A stretch of DNA of 14,607 nt from Candidatus Hydrogenedentota bacterium (GCA_045863335.1 BTVY01000082.1:1-14607), one strand, 5' to 3'. Positions 1 to 8,338 are shown, numbered from the stretch's first letter. Translations and numbers: made by a program. The notes: generated by a model from the sequence alone, not told the origin.

Positions 1-146
1 AAATACGATTGCGAACAAGAGAGCATTGCCACTTGACGAAAGAGCACCTAATGGGCGTCCCTATTTTTCGCACCGTCCAACCTTGAATGACAACCCGCTT
101 TCCGATCTGCTATTTTTTGCTCAAGCGGATAGGGGAATCTTCCACA

Positions 147-1514
147 GTGAACGCGCTGGAGCGGTATTTCGGCATTGAAGCGGCGGGGTCGTCGGTGCGC
201 CGCGAAGTCATCGGCGGGCTGACCACCTTCGCCACCATGAGCTACATCGTCTTTGTGCAACCCACCGTGCTCAGCGCCGCGGGGATGCCCTTTGGTTCAG
301 TGCTGCTCGCCACGTGCCTCTCGTCCGCCGTGGCCTGCGTGCTCATGGGTCTCTTCGCGCGCTATCCTTTCGCACTCGCGCCGGGCATGGGCGAGAACTT
401 CTTCTTCGCCTTCACAGTCTGCTCGACCTTTCCCGGCGCCATGGGATTCTCGTGGCAGGCGGGGCTCGCCATCGTCCTCATTTCCGGGCTCATCTTTCTC
501 GGCCTCTCGCTTTTCGGCGTGCGGGAGCAAGTCTTGCGCGTGTTGCCGGACTGCCTCAAGCACACCATCGCCCCGGCCATCGGCTTCTTCATCACCTTCG
601 TCGGCCTGCAATGGGGCGGCATCGTGAAGCTCAGCCCCACGACCATGGTCACGCTGGGCGACCTGAGTCATGGCGTCGCGCTCATCACCATCGCCGGCGT
701 GTTCCTCATCGCAACGCTCATGGCGCTCCGCGTCCAGGGCGGCATCCTCATCGGTATCGTCGCAACCTGCGCCTTGGGACTGGCCACCGGCGTTATGCCC
801 TATCCCGAAAGCAAGGTCGATCTGACCTTCGACACGTTTTTCCAGCTCAACTTCGCCGAACTCGCGCAACATTGGGACAAGGCGCTCGTCGCCATCCTGT
901 TGTTTTTCTTCATGGACCTCTTCGACACGGTGGGCACGCTTGTCGGCGTGAGCCGTCAGGCGGGCTACATCACAGAGGAAGGCACCTTGCCGCGCGCAAA
1001 ACAGGCCTTCCTCGCCGACGCGAGCGCGTCCTGCGTCGGAGCCCTCTTCGGCACATCAACCGTGACTTCGTACATCGAAAGCGCCACGGGCGTCGCCGCC
1101 GGAGCGCGCACCGGTCTCGCCGCCGTCGTCACCGGGATTTGCTTCGTCGTCGCCATCTTCGCCGCGCCCATCGTTCACATCGTCGGCAACGACGTGGGCC
1201 CCGCCTTCTACGGCACCGGCCCCACCGATTTGCACGTCGCCATGTATCCTGGCGTCGCGCCCGCGCTGATCATCGTGGGATTGCTCATGATGGCTCCCCT
1301 CCGCCGCGTGAACTGGGACGACATCACCGAAAGCCTCCCCGCCTTCTTCACCGTCGCCATGATGGTCTTCGGATTCGCCATCCACGAAGGCATCTCCATC
1401 GGCTGCGTCAGCTACGCCGCCATCAAGACCTTCACCGGCCGCTGGAACGAAGTGCATCCCATCATGTACATCATCGCGATTGCCCTCATCGCGCGTTACG
1501 CGCTCTTGGTGTGA
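147..1514 (+). CDS. NCS2 family nucleobase permease (AzgA/PbuG-like adenine/guanine/hypoxanthine transporter)
   Basis: Highly hydrophobic ORF with family motifs EVIGGLTTFATMSYIVFVQP, PFALAPGMGENFFF, DLFDTVGTL and GTSTVTSYIESATGVAAGARTGL. The start was moved from 87 to the in-frame GTG at 147, which has an AGGGGA RBS at 131-136. Confidence 0.93.
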   Translation: MNALERYFGIEAAGSSVRREVIGGLTTFATMSYIVFVQPTVLSAAGMPFGSVLLATCLSSAVACVLMGLFARYPFALAPGMGENFFFAFTVCSTFPGAMGFSWQAGLAIVLISGLIFLGLSLFGVREQVLRVLPDCLKHTIAPAIGFFITFVGLQWGGIVKLSPTTMVTLGDLSHGVALITIAGVFLIATLMALRVQGGILIGIVATCALGLATGVMPYPESKVDLTFDTFFQLNFAELAQHWDKALVAILLFFFMDLFDTVGTLVGVSRQAGYITEEGTLPRAKQAFLADASASCVGALFGTSTVTSYIESATGVAAGARTGLAAVVTGICFVVAIFAAPIVHIVGNDVGPAFYGTGPTDLHVAMYPGVAPALIIVGLLMMAPLRRVNWDDITESLPAFFTVAMMVFGFAIHEGISIGCVSYAAIKTFTGRWNEVHPIMYIIAIALIARYALLV

Positions 1515-1517
1515 TCG

Positions 1518-2282
1518 CTACGGGATTCGGCGCACCACGATGACCGGCCGGTTCACCGGCGTCGTGCCGTCGATGGGCTGGTTCAAATCCCACTCGTTCC
1601 ACCAGCCCACGAACTCGAAGTGGGGATGGGCGGCGATGAACGCGAGAAACTCCTGGGGAAACACGCGGCGGCGAATGGCGGTGTCTTCAAGTTCGCGATG
1701 CTCGCCGTTCTCTTGGATGTCGAGGTGGAGCGTGTCTTCGTAGATCTGCTCCACGCGGTTGATGCAGCGTGTCCAGTAACTCGCTTGAATACGGACCCCG
1801 TCCCGCTCGACTTCCCACATATCGACCACGTCCACCATGGGATCGAAATCCACCGTCCACTCCATGAAGTAGAGTCCACCCGGCGCCAAGGCCCGCGCGA
1901 CGGCATCGTAATGGGTCTGAAGATGCGCTGTGTCCCGCGCATACAAGGAGGCCAACAACACGCACGCAAAATCCACCGGCTTGGGCAGTTTAAACGCGGC
2001 GAGATCCGCCTCGACAAACGTGGCTTCCGCGTGCAACCGCCCGGCGTTCTCGCGCGCCATATCGAGCATGGTGCGACTCAAATCCACACCCGTGTACCGT
2101 GCGCCGGACCCATGCCACGCCGCAAGATGCGGCGCCTGCCCACAGCAGATCTCCAGAACACGCCGCGGCGCGCCCAGCCCAAAGCGCTCCGCGCAGGCCC
2201 GCATCACCTCCACTTCCGCATCGTAATCGCGATACGAAAAGGCAAGGTCATAGTACCGGGGCGAATCAGAAAGGGTGGGCAT
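1518..2282 (-). CDS. Class I SAM-dependent methyltransferase
   Basis: Motif I VLEICCGQAPH, then GVDLSRTML and FVEADL, with N-terminal YYDLAFSYRDY. Start placed at ATG 2282 (MPTLSD), preceded by AAGGAAG on the minus strand. Confidence 0.88.
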   Translation of the reverse strand: MPTLSDSPRYYDLAFSYRDYDAEVEVMRACAERFGLGAPRRVLEICCGQAPHLAAWHGSGARYTGVDLSRTMLDMARENAGRLHAEATFVEADLAAFKLPKPVDFACVLLASLYARDTAHLQTHYDAVARALAPGGLYFMEWTVDFDPMVDVVDMWEVERDGVRIQASYWTRCINRVEQIYEDTLHLDIQENGEHRELEDTAIRRRVFPQEFLAFIAAHPHFEFVGWWNEWDLNQPIDGTTPVNRPVIVVRRIP

Positions 2283-2340
2283 TGCGGCTTCCTTAATACC
2301 AAATGTCCTGTGACGAAATAGCAGATTCACGGTGCGAACG

Positions 2341-2492
2341 ACATCCCCCTTAATCCCCCTTCAATGGGGGAATTCTCGCACACCTTCGGTGTGCGGCAAT
2401 GTTTGTACGATGCGATGAGATTTGTGATTGTGCATTCGCCCAAACTCTGCCTTCCGCCAATTCCCCCATTGAAGGGGGATCAAGGGGGATGT
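2341..2492. repeat. Inverted REP-like doublet A (34-bp arms, 84-bp spacer)
   Basis: 2341-2374 ACATCCCCCTTAATCCCCCTTCAATGGGGGAATT is the reverse complement of 2459-2492 with 1 mismatch. The spacer contains a perfect 8-bp hairpin CGCACACC-TTC-GGTGTGCG (2377-2395). Confidence 0.85.
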
Positions 2493-2541
2493 TATCTCCG
2501 GCCAAGGCCTCCGGCAATTGCACTGATACGTCGGACCGCAA

Positions 2542-3228
2542 TCAGCCGCCAATGTGGTTGCTCAGCACGTCGACGAGTTCGCCGCGTTCGTATAGCTCGG
2601 CGATAGCGAGCGGAGTGCGCCCTTCCTTGTCCTTGGCTCGTGGATTGGCTTTTTGATCGAGCAGCAGTTGGACCAGTCCCACATTGTGCCCCGCGGCCGC
2701 GATGTGCAACGGCGTCATGCCGTTCTCTTGCGTCGCATTCACCCTGGCCCCGCGTTCGATCAGAAACACGGCCATGTCGTGATGCCCCGACGCGCAGGCC
2801 GCGTGCAACGGCGTGTTCTCCGGGGCGAGGCTGTCTTCTCGCGACACGGCGTTTACATCGGCGTTCTGTGCCACCAGAAATTCCGCAATATCCCGCCGGT
2901 TGAAGTGCGCCGCGAGATGCAGCAACGTCCACCCGTCGTGCGAATACGCCTTCACGAGGTCCGGCGATTTCTCCACCAATTCCCGGACCCGTTCACCATT
3001 GCCGGCCACCGTCGCTTCGAACGCGTCCATCTCCGCGCCCGCATCAACGAGCAGATCGACAAGCCCACGGTGCCCGCGATAGGCCGCGTACAGGATCGGC
3101 GAATCGCCCTTCTCATTACGGGCCTTCGCCAGGTCCGGATTGTCCCGCAACAACTCCGCGAGACGCGGCCCATCCCCGTTGGCGATGGTCTGGAAGGGTT
3201 CCTCAATATGCGGCGTCGGCTTCGACAT
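2542..3228 (-). CDS. Ankyrin repeat protein (~228 aa)
   Basis: Repeated ankyrin motifs GDSPILYAA, GWTLLHLAA, NTPLHAAC, GMTPLHIAA, GRTPLAIA and ADVNA/ARVNA. Start placed at ATG 3228 (MSKPTPH); the upstream extension to 3474 runs through a REP and looks non-coding. Confidence 0.9.
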   Translation of the reverse strand: MSKPTPHIEEPFQTIANGDGPRLAELLRDNPDLAKARNEKGDSPILYAAYRGHRGLVDLLVDAGAEMDAFEATVAGNGERVRELVEKSPDLVKAYSHDGWTLLHLAAHFNRRDIAEFLVAQNADVNAVSREDSLAPENTPLHAACASGHHDMAVFLIERGARVNATQENGMTPLHIAAAGHNVGLVQLLLDQKANPRAKDKEGRTPLAIAELYERGELVDVLSNHIGG

Positions 3229-3380
3229 GGGAGAATCTCGTGATGGGAACACAGCCTGCACGGCTATTATGGATCGGCCACGCTGGAACCGCAAATGAAC
3301 AAGGTGAGGCGAGTGGGACCCGCTACTTTCACGGGCGAGCAGCTTCCTCGAAATGTGAACACCACTCCAGTAAGGCACAA

Positions 3381-3598
3381 TATGGAGTGCGGCCACGCCG
3401 GGGCGTGGCTGCTTTGTTCCTGGCAACGTAGTTGACCTAAGCTCGCCCTGGCATTCAAGACTACTTTGGCGCATTGCAGCCGAGTGCTATTAGCAACGCG
3501 TGCAATTCCGCTACCCTATCCACGTTCGACGTAATTCTAAGGGCGTATCGCTCAGATTGAAGCAAAGCAGCCACGCCCCGGCGTGGCCGCACTCCATA
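3381..3598. repeat. Inverted REP-like doublet B (GGAG-type, perfect 36-bp arms, 146-bp spacer)
   Basis: 3381-3416 TATGGAGTGCGGCCACGCCGGGGCGTGGCTGCTTTG is the exact reverse complement of 3563-3598. Each arm has GGAG followed by a GC-rich hairpin, the usual REP layout. Confidence 0.88.
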
Positions 3599-3647
3599 GC
3601 ATGTCTCTATGCGAAACTTATGCGTCTTGCCGTCACCTGCTGCGAAC

Positions 3648-6600
3648 CTATTCCTCCGGCGCGACGGGCCGCAACGTGCTCCACTGCGCCAACTCCACGC
3701 GCAGTTCCACCGGCTCCCCCGTGCCCGGACGCGCTTCCACTTGCTCTCGAAGATTGGCTCCGTCGCGCGCGCCGAGTTGGTACACTTGGTCCTGCATCCG
3801 CGTGAACCGGAACCGTCCCTCGCGATCCGTCACCGCGTCGGCATCGACAATTGACGTTTCCGGTTGCGTGGAATACGCGTAGACCTCAACGCCAGGCACC
3901 GCGTATCCCGTCTCGCGCTCGACCAGCCGCCCTTCGAGTACGAGGCCCCGTTCGAGTTGAACGTCGGCGCGTTCGCCCCGCGAAAACTCATGGCGGACCT
4001 CCAGGAAGTCCTTCTCGGGTTTCAGGATGATCGCGTAGGTCACGGGCTGGTCGAAATCGACGTGCTCCACCACGAACTCACCGTTCGCGCCGGTCACGCC
4101 AATCGCGGTGCTGAAGCCATGACTGTACTTCGTGCTTATGCTCAGCTCGATAGGAAGACCATTGGCGGGCGATCCGTCCGGATACGTCACCCGTCCCGCC
4201 ACCGTTACGCCCGGCGCAAACGCCAGGTTCACTTCCTGTATCGGCGCGCGATCGGTCAACGTGACCGGCGCGCCCAACGCGATTGCGGCCTTGGTGTGCG
4301 CAGCCGCGATATATGTGCCGCCCAAGGGCAAGGGACCGAGAGAATACCCGCGTTCATTCCGCTTGCTGCGCGCATCAAGGGGAAAGGCGTCCTGCCCCGT
4401 CGGCGATTCCACCAATATCACGGACACGTTAAAGTGACCCTCCGGCGCGTTCTCGACGGTTCCGTGAATGGTACCTGCGGGCGATGCGGGGATGTCGATC
4501 GTTAGCGGCTCCGCTCCTGCCGGCACGTCGATGCCGCTTTCCGACGCAATCCAGTAGCCGGCCATTTCCACTACGTCATAACCGATCTCGGTCGGCGCCG
4601 GAAACGTTACCCGCGCTTCACCGTCTTCCAATGCCACATCGACGTGATTAGCGAAGTTGTCGCCGGGTTGTTTGCGGTAGTGAACACGCAGCATGCCGGA
4701 TGCGGGCGGACTCCCCTCGGGCACCTTCACCCGAAGCACAATGCTCCGTGGTGTGCGATTTACTTCGCCATCAACAGGACGCAGGTCGATCACGACATCG
4801 TTAATCGATTCCTCCACCTCCAGCGATTGCCGATGATCCATGGCGTCGAGATAGACCCTTCCGGGCCAAAGGTCGTCGACCACGAAGGTACCGCGCCCCT
4901 CTCTGATTGGGACTTCGATTTGCCGCACGAAGTCTTTGCTATACCCGCCCTCTTCAAAGATATTGCCGGCATATAGCGTCAGCGATTCTGGATACGTTCC
5001 TGCGTCATCCGATGCGGCGAGGATCGTGCCACGTACTTCCAAGGCCGGTGGTAGAGAGAGCGTCTTGGCGCCCTGATCGGCAAGGATGGGTTCCTTGAGC
5101 AACAACCGCCTTTTGCCGTCCGCGGTGATGTAGCACCAGTACTCCACGTTCTCGCGCAAGGATTCGATGACAAACGCCCCGGAACGGTCCGCTACAGAAA
5201 GCAGGCTTTCCCTGTCGGAAATCATCCCCGTGCCAACATCGTAGGTACTCACAAGATGCAGTTCCGCACCAGGAACGGGTTCTCCCGTAATCGAATCGCG
5301 CAACGCGATCGTTACGGGCTCCATACGTCGCAGTTCAATCTCGACCACGTCGTCCGCAACAATCGTGAGTAGTCGCTCGAAAAATTCGACGTACCCCGGT
5401 TTGCGCAACGTGAGCGAGATGGGCCTGTCCCAGGTATGAGCAAGTTCGACAACACCATCCGCATTCGTTGTCGCGGTCCGCTTGTCGCCCTGCGTCACTC
5501 CGCGACCGGAGGGGAACTGCCACGTCGCGTCGACATCGCTCACGGGCATGCCATCTTGATCCAGCACACGGATGCGTCCGGTGATGCCCCGCGTCAGAAC
5601 GATCTCGATGCCGGTCAAATCGGCGCCGTTCTCCGTGGCGTAGGGTCCAGCGATAACGGGAGCGTAGCCGTCGGCGATCGCCCAGAGGTAAATGTGGCTG
5701 CCCTTCATCCGATTGCAATGGAAAGTCGCTCCATCGATCTCGCATCCATGGGAAATATACGTGCTTGGAAATAGATTCATGCCTGACACCCGCGTACCTT
5801 CGGGCAGCGGTTCGCCGTCTTCCGTGCGAATCGTGCCCGACACCGCGATCTCGGGGACGTTCTCGGGCTCCACCTCGTCGAATTCGCGATTGATCGCTTC
5901 GATGCGCTCAACGCGCTCCTGCGGGGAAATCGCCTCCGCAACCAGCTTGACGCCTAGATAGCTGAACCCGCCGAAGGCCGCCAACAATGCCGTTGCGATG
6001 GCGAGAAAGGCCAACAAGCCGAACCACGACATTCGCAGCGCGGGCCGGTCCTGCGGCATGAGAATCCGACGGACGCGATCCACGAGCGAAGTCTTCCCGC
6101 CGCTCATGGCGAGTACGGCGGTGGGCTGCAGCGAGCGCGCTGCGAACGCGGCCAGCGCGTTGGCGTACTCCGTTGCGCCGCCGGTGCAGCGGATGGCGAG
6201 GGCGTCGCAACAGGCCTCGCGTTCGATGCGAACCTGGCGGCTGATCCACCACACGGCCGGGTTGAAAAACAGCAAGGATTCGACGGCGAGCTGAAAGAGA
6301 TTGACGAGGTAATCGTGCCGGCGGATGTGCGCCAGTTCATGCGCCAGCGCCGCGCGCAGATGCACGGGCGCCACGCCTGTCGTCACGTAGGGCGGCAGCA
6401 GAATCGCCGGCCAAAAGATTCCCATGACCATGGGACCGTCGATCTTTTCCGTAACGCGGAGCGCAACGTCTCCGGCGATACCGAGCGTTTCTCGCAGTTC
6501 ATCGAGGATCGTTTGTATACTGTCGTCGTCGCACAAGACACTCGCGCGACGTAGTTGACCCGCGCCCCGCAATAGCAACGCTGTCCGCAGCGCCATCGCC

Positions 6601-7040
6601 GCCACACCCGCCAGCCACAGATTCGCCAGCCAAGCGCGCCAGGGAAGATTGGCCGCTTTCTCAGGGCTGTCACCGGCGGTCGCGGCCATCGACCGATCCG
6701 ACCGATCGGTCCGATCGGTCTGATCCGTCCGATCCGTCGGATCAATTCCGTTAGCCCCATGGGCCTCGTCGCTTACGGCGAGCCCTCCCGGCACCGAAGC
6801 CTCACCGGCCAGCGGCTCTCCATAAACCAGCGCCGCCCACACCACGATCCAGCCGCACACGACGAACCCAAGCGCCGCCAAACTGACACCGTAGCGCAGC
6901 TCCGGGCGTTCCGCCGAGATCCGCCGCAGCACCAGCGCGAGCACCGCCACCGCAACCGCCCCCAACCACAGCGTATGCAGCAACGCCAGGGGTAATTGGG
7001 TCCACGCGTCGGCGAGCCATTCTGGAATCGCGTACCTCAT
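3648..7040 (-). CDS. BlaR1/MecR1-like M56 family metallopeptidase signal transducer with C-terminal carboxypeptidase-regulatory-like beta-sandwich repeats
   Basis: N-terminal TM helices (LLHTLWLGAV, RYGVSLAAL, WLANLWLAGV), GPMVMGIFWPAILLP, zinc motif HELAHIRRHD, FFNPAVWWISRQVRIEREACCD and LVDRVRRIL. After a further TM, ~750 aa of repeats such as VSGTIRTEDGEPLP, GRIRVLDQDGMPVSD, VAGRVTYPDGSPANG and LEGRLVERETGYAVPGVEV...TDREGRFRF. Confidence 0.92.
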   Translation of the reverse strand: MRYAIPEWLADAWTQLPLALLHTLWLGAVAVAVLALVLRRISAERPELRYGVSLAALGFVVCGWIVVWAALVYGEPLAGEASVPGGLAVSDEAHGANGIDPTDRTDQTDRTDRSDRSMAATAGDSPEKAANLPWRAWLANLWLAGVAAMALRTALLLRGAGQLRRASVLCDDDSIQTILDELRETLGIAGDVALRVTEKIDGPMVMGIFWPAILLPPYVTTGVAPVHLRAALAHELAHIRRHDYLVNLFQLAVESLLFFNPAVWWISRQVRIEREACCDALAIRCTGGATEYANALAAFAARSLQPTAVLAMSGGKTSLVDRVRRILMPQDRPALRMSWFGLLAFLAIATALLAAFGGFSYLGVKLVAEAISPQERVERIEAINREFDEVEPENVPEIAVSGTIRTEDGEPLPEGTRVSGMNLFPSTYISHGCEIDGATFHCNRMKGSHIYLWAIADGYAPVIAGPYATENGADLTGIEIVLTRGITGRIRVLDQDGMPVSDVDATWQFPSGRGVTQGDKRTATTNADGVVELAHTWDRPISLTLRKPGYVEFFERLLTIVADDVVEIELRRMEPVTIALRDSITGEPVPGAELHLVSTYDVGTGMISDRESLLSVADRSGAFVIESLRENVEYWCYITADGKRRLLLKEPILADQGAKTLSLPPALEVRGTILAASDDAGTYPESLTLYAGNIFEEGGYSKDFVRQIEVPIREGRGTFVVDDLWPGRVYLDAMDHRQSLEVEESINDVVIDLRPVDGEVNRTPRSIVLRVKVPEGSPPASGMLRVHYRKQPGDNFANHVDVALEDGEARVTFPAPTEIGYDVVEMAGYWIASESGIDVPAGAEPLTIDIPASPAGTIHGTVENAPEGHFNVSVILVESPTGQDAFPLDARSKRNERGYSLGPLPLGGTYIAAAHTKAAIALGAPVTLTDRAPIQEVNLAFAPGVTVAGRVTYPDGSPANGLPIELSISTKYSHGFSTAIGVTGANGEFVVEHVDFDQPVTYAIILKPEKDFLEVRHEFSRGERADVQLERGLVLEGRLVERETGYAVPGVEVYAYSTQPETSIVDADAVTDREGRFRFTRMQDQVYQLGARDGANLREQVEARPGTGEPVELRVELAQWSTLRPVAPEE
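6690..6743. repeat. In-frame 9-bp tandem repeat (6 units, each ending GATC) within the M56 gene
   Basis: CGACCGATC CGACCGATC GGTCCGATC GGTCTGATC CGTCCGATC CGTCGGATC, which encodes DPTDRTDQTDRTDRSDRS on the minus strand. Confidence 0.9.
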
Positions 7041-7435
7041 CGCTTGCGCCCCCGCGTGTTTGCACCGTCGTGCTCGGCGATCAAGGCGCGGATCTCGTCC
7101 AACTCTTCAGCGGAAATCTTGTTTTCGGCAAGCAGATGCTGCACCGCGGTTGATGCGCTCCCGCCAAAGACGTTGGAGACCAGTTGCCGCAGCATGGGAC
7201 CCAGCACCTGACGCTTTGTCACCGACGCCGAATACCGGTGCGCGCGCCCGTCGGGACGATGCTTAACCAGCCCTTTCTTCTCCATCACCTGCAACACCGA
7301 CAGCACGGTCGTGTACGCCCGCCGCTTGCCGTCGGGCATGCATTCGCTGACTTCCCGCGCGGTGGACGCGCCTTCCCGCCACAACACGGCGAGCACCTGC
7401 AACTCCAACTCAGAAGGACGGGCAACGGAACTCAT
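7037..7435 (-). CDS. BlaI/MecI/CopY family transcriptional repressor
   Basis: PSELELQVLAVLW, AYTTVLSVLQVMEKKGLV, GRAHRY, FGGSASTAVQHLL and ISAEELDEIRALI. It has an ATGA overlap with the M56 gene (7037-7040) and a GAGGAG RBS at about 7443-7448. Confidence 0.95.
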   Translation of the reverse strand: MSSVARPSELELQVLAVLWREGASTAREVSECMPDGKRRAYTTVLSVLQVMEKKGLVKHRPDGRAHRYSASVTKRQVLGPMLRQLVSNVFGGSASTAVQHLLAENKISAEELDEIRALIAEHDGANTRGRKR

Positions 7436-7454
7436 GGGGCCTCTCCTCGATTGC

Positions 7455-7496
7455 TACTATGAATTTAGTATCTACTAGACCCATAGTATCTGTCAA
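7455..7496 (-). promoter_or_regulatory. Sigma70-type promoter of the blaI-M56 operon overlapped by two tandem palindromic operators (TACTA-N6-TAGTA)
   Basis: Operators are TACTAtgaattTAGTA (7455-7470) and TACTAgacccaTAGTA (7473-7488). On the minus strand, TTGACA (7496-7491) is followed after 18 nt by GATACT (7472-7467). The stretch is AT-rich in GC-rich DNA and lies directly upstream of a BlaI-family gene. Confidence 0.8.
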
Positions 7497-7544
7497 GCCC
7501 GAAAAAGAGGAGTGCTTGTTCACCGAGGAATCGCGCCGTCTCCA

Positions 7545-7591
7545 GTCTGTGCCCGTCTGTGCAGGTCCGTGTCAGTCCGTGTAAGTCCGTG
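7545..7591 (-). repeat. 10-bp-period CACGGAC array 1 (5 units, 2 degenerate)
   Basis: On the plus strand, GTCTGTG starts at 7545 and 7555 and GTCCGTG at 7565, 7575 and 7585. Confidence 0.85.
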
Positions 7592-7597
7592 TGCCCC

Positions 7598-7921
7598 TTA
7601 CGCGCCAAAGGCAATTCGCGTCACGAACAGCATCACTAAACTGATCAGAAACAGTACCCCCGGCCAACGCCATTTGCGCAGGAACGCGACGTTGAACAGG
7701 CAAAAGCACGCAAGAAAGAAGAACAAGGCAAGGATGCTGATCCACATGGCGGTGTTGCCGGTGCCCGGCGGATCGACGATGAACTTCACCATCCCCGCGA
7801 TGCCCAGGAAAGCACCGAGAAAGCCGAAGAACAGGCGGAACAGCACCTGCGCGCGTTTGGATACATTGCCGGACCCAACCGGCAGATCTTCGATCAACGA
7901 TTCGATGAGATCGTCGAACAT
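7598..7921 (-). CDS. Small hypothetical membrane protein (107 aa, ~3 TM)
   Basis: ATG 7921 (MFDDLIESLIEDLP) follows GGAGGAG. It has an acidic N-terminus and three hydrophobic segments. Confidence 0.7.
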   Translation of the reverse strand: MFDDLIESLIEDLPVGSGNVSKRAQVLFRLFFGFLGAFLGIAGMVKFIVDPPGTGNTAMWISILALFFFLACFCLFNVAFLRKWRWPGVLFLISLVMLFVTRIAFGA

Positions 7922-7948
7922 GCTCCGCTCCTCCGCCCTGCCCGCGCT

Positions 7949-8146
7949 TTGTCCCTTCAACCCCGCGCTGGCCACGCCTTGCACGAACCACCGTTGAAAC
8001 GCGAGAAAGACCACCAGCACTGGGGCGACCATCATTACGCCGAAGGCCATGATATCCCCCCTTTGCTGCGGCGGCAAGGTGTGGAACGAAGCAATCGCCA
8101 CGATGGGGATTACGGGTCTTTCCTTCGGCGTGATGACGGGGAAGAA
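7949..8146 (-). pseudogene. Remnant of the 3' end of a carbohydrate ABC transporter permease (MalG/UgpE-like)
   Basis: Translates as ...RPVIPIVAIASFHTLPPQQRGDIMAFGVMMVAPVLVVFLAFQRWFVQGVASAGLKG, matching the typical C-terminus (P-x-L-x-x-F-x-x-FQRxFVxG-x-x-x-x-GLKG*). The expected stop position is CAA (7951-7949), and no N-terminal part or partner ABC genes are present. The upstream boundary is approximate. Confidence 0.75.
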
Positions 8147-8287
8147 AGTGCGGTTCGCGCGGGCATTGGGGATGGGCTCCTCCAGGCCTCGTGTAGCGGA
8201 TTTGCGTCACGGTCCCGACCCTGGACCGGGGAAACCGGCCGCGCCCGGTACTGGTGAGCGGCCGCCCCGCGTTGGACTAAGATACTT

Positions 8288-8316
8288 TGTCTGCACTCCC
8301 GGCGCTCGTACGTCTA
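8288..8316 (+). promoter_or_regulatory. Candidate ECF sigma-type (auto)promoter TGTCTGC-N16-CGTCTA
   Basis: TGTC at 8288 and CGTC at 8311 have a layout like known ECF promoters (ECF41-type TGTCACA-N16-CGTC). The site is just upstream of the GGAGG RBS (8324-8328) of the ECF gene. Confidence 0.4.
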
Positions 8317-8338
8317 TTTACCGGGAGGATGATTGGAT

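Noticed and set aside
1-146. Purine riboswitch upstream of the nucleobase permease
   Set aside because: I could not find the conserved purine-aptamer core or a terminator. Only a weak extended -10-like TGCTATTTT (108-116) is present, too weak to call.
314-1543. 409-aa alternative-frame ORF, and similar long overlapping ORFs such as 11145-12218 and 12445-13620
   Set aside because: These are Arg/His/Pro-rich shadow translations typical of high-GC DNA, and they overlap well-supported genes.
3229-3474. N-terminal extension of the ankyrin ORF and small ORFs at 3240-3882
   Set aside because: They run through REP doublet B. The shared peptide QSSHAPAWPHSI in two ORFs is just the repeat translated from opposite arms.
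3648-7435. Beta-lactam resistance (bla/mec) locus
   Set aside because: There is no beta-lactamase or PBP gene and no penicillin-binding sensor domain, so the symbols blaR1/blaI were withheld.
8210-8270. GC-rich stem-loops upstream of the ECF gene as a possible ncRNA or riboswitch
   Set aside because: The short stems (e.g. CGGCCGC/GCGGCCG) are expected by chance at this GC content, and there is no recognisable family motif.
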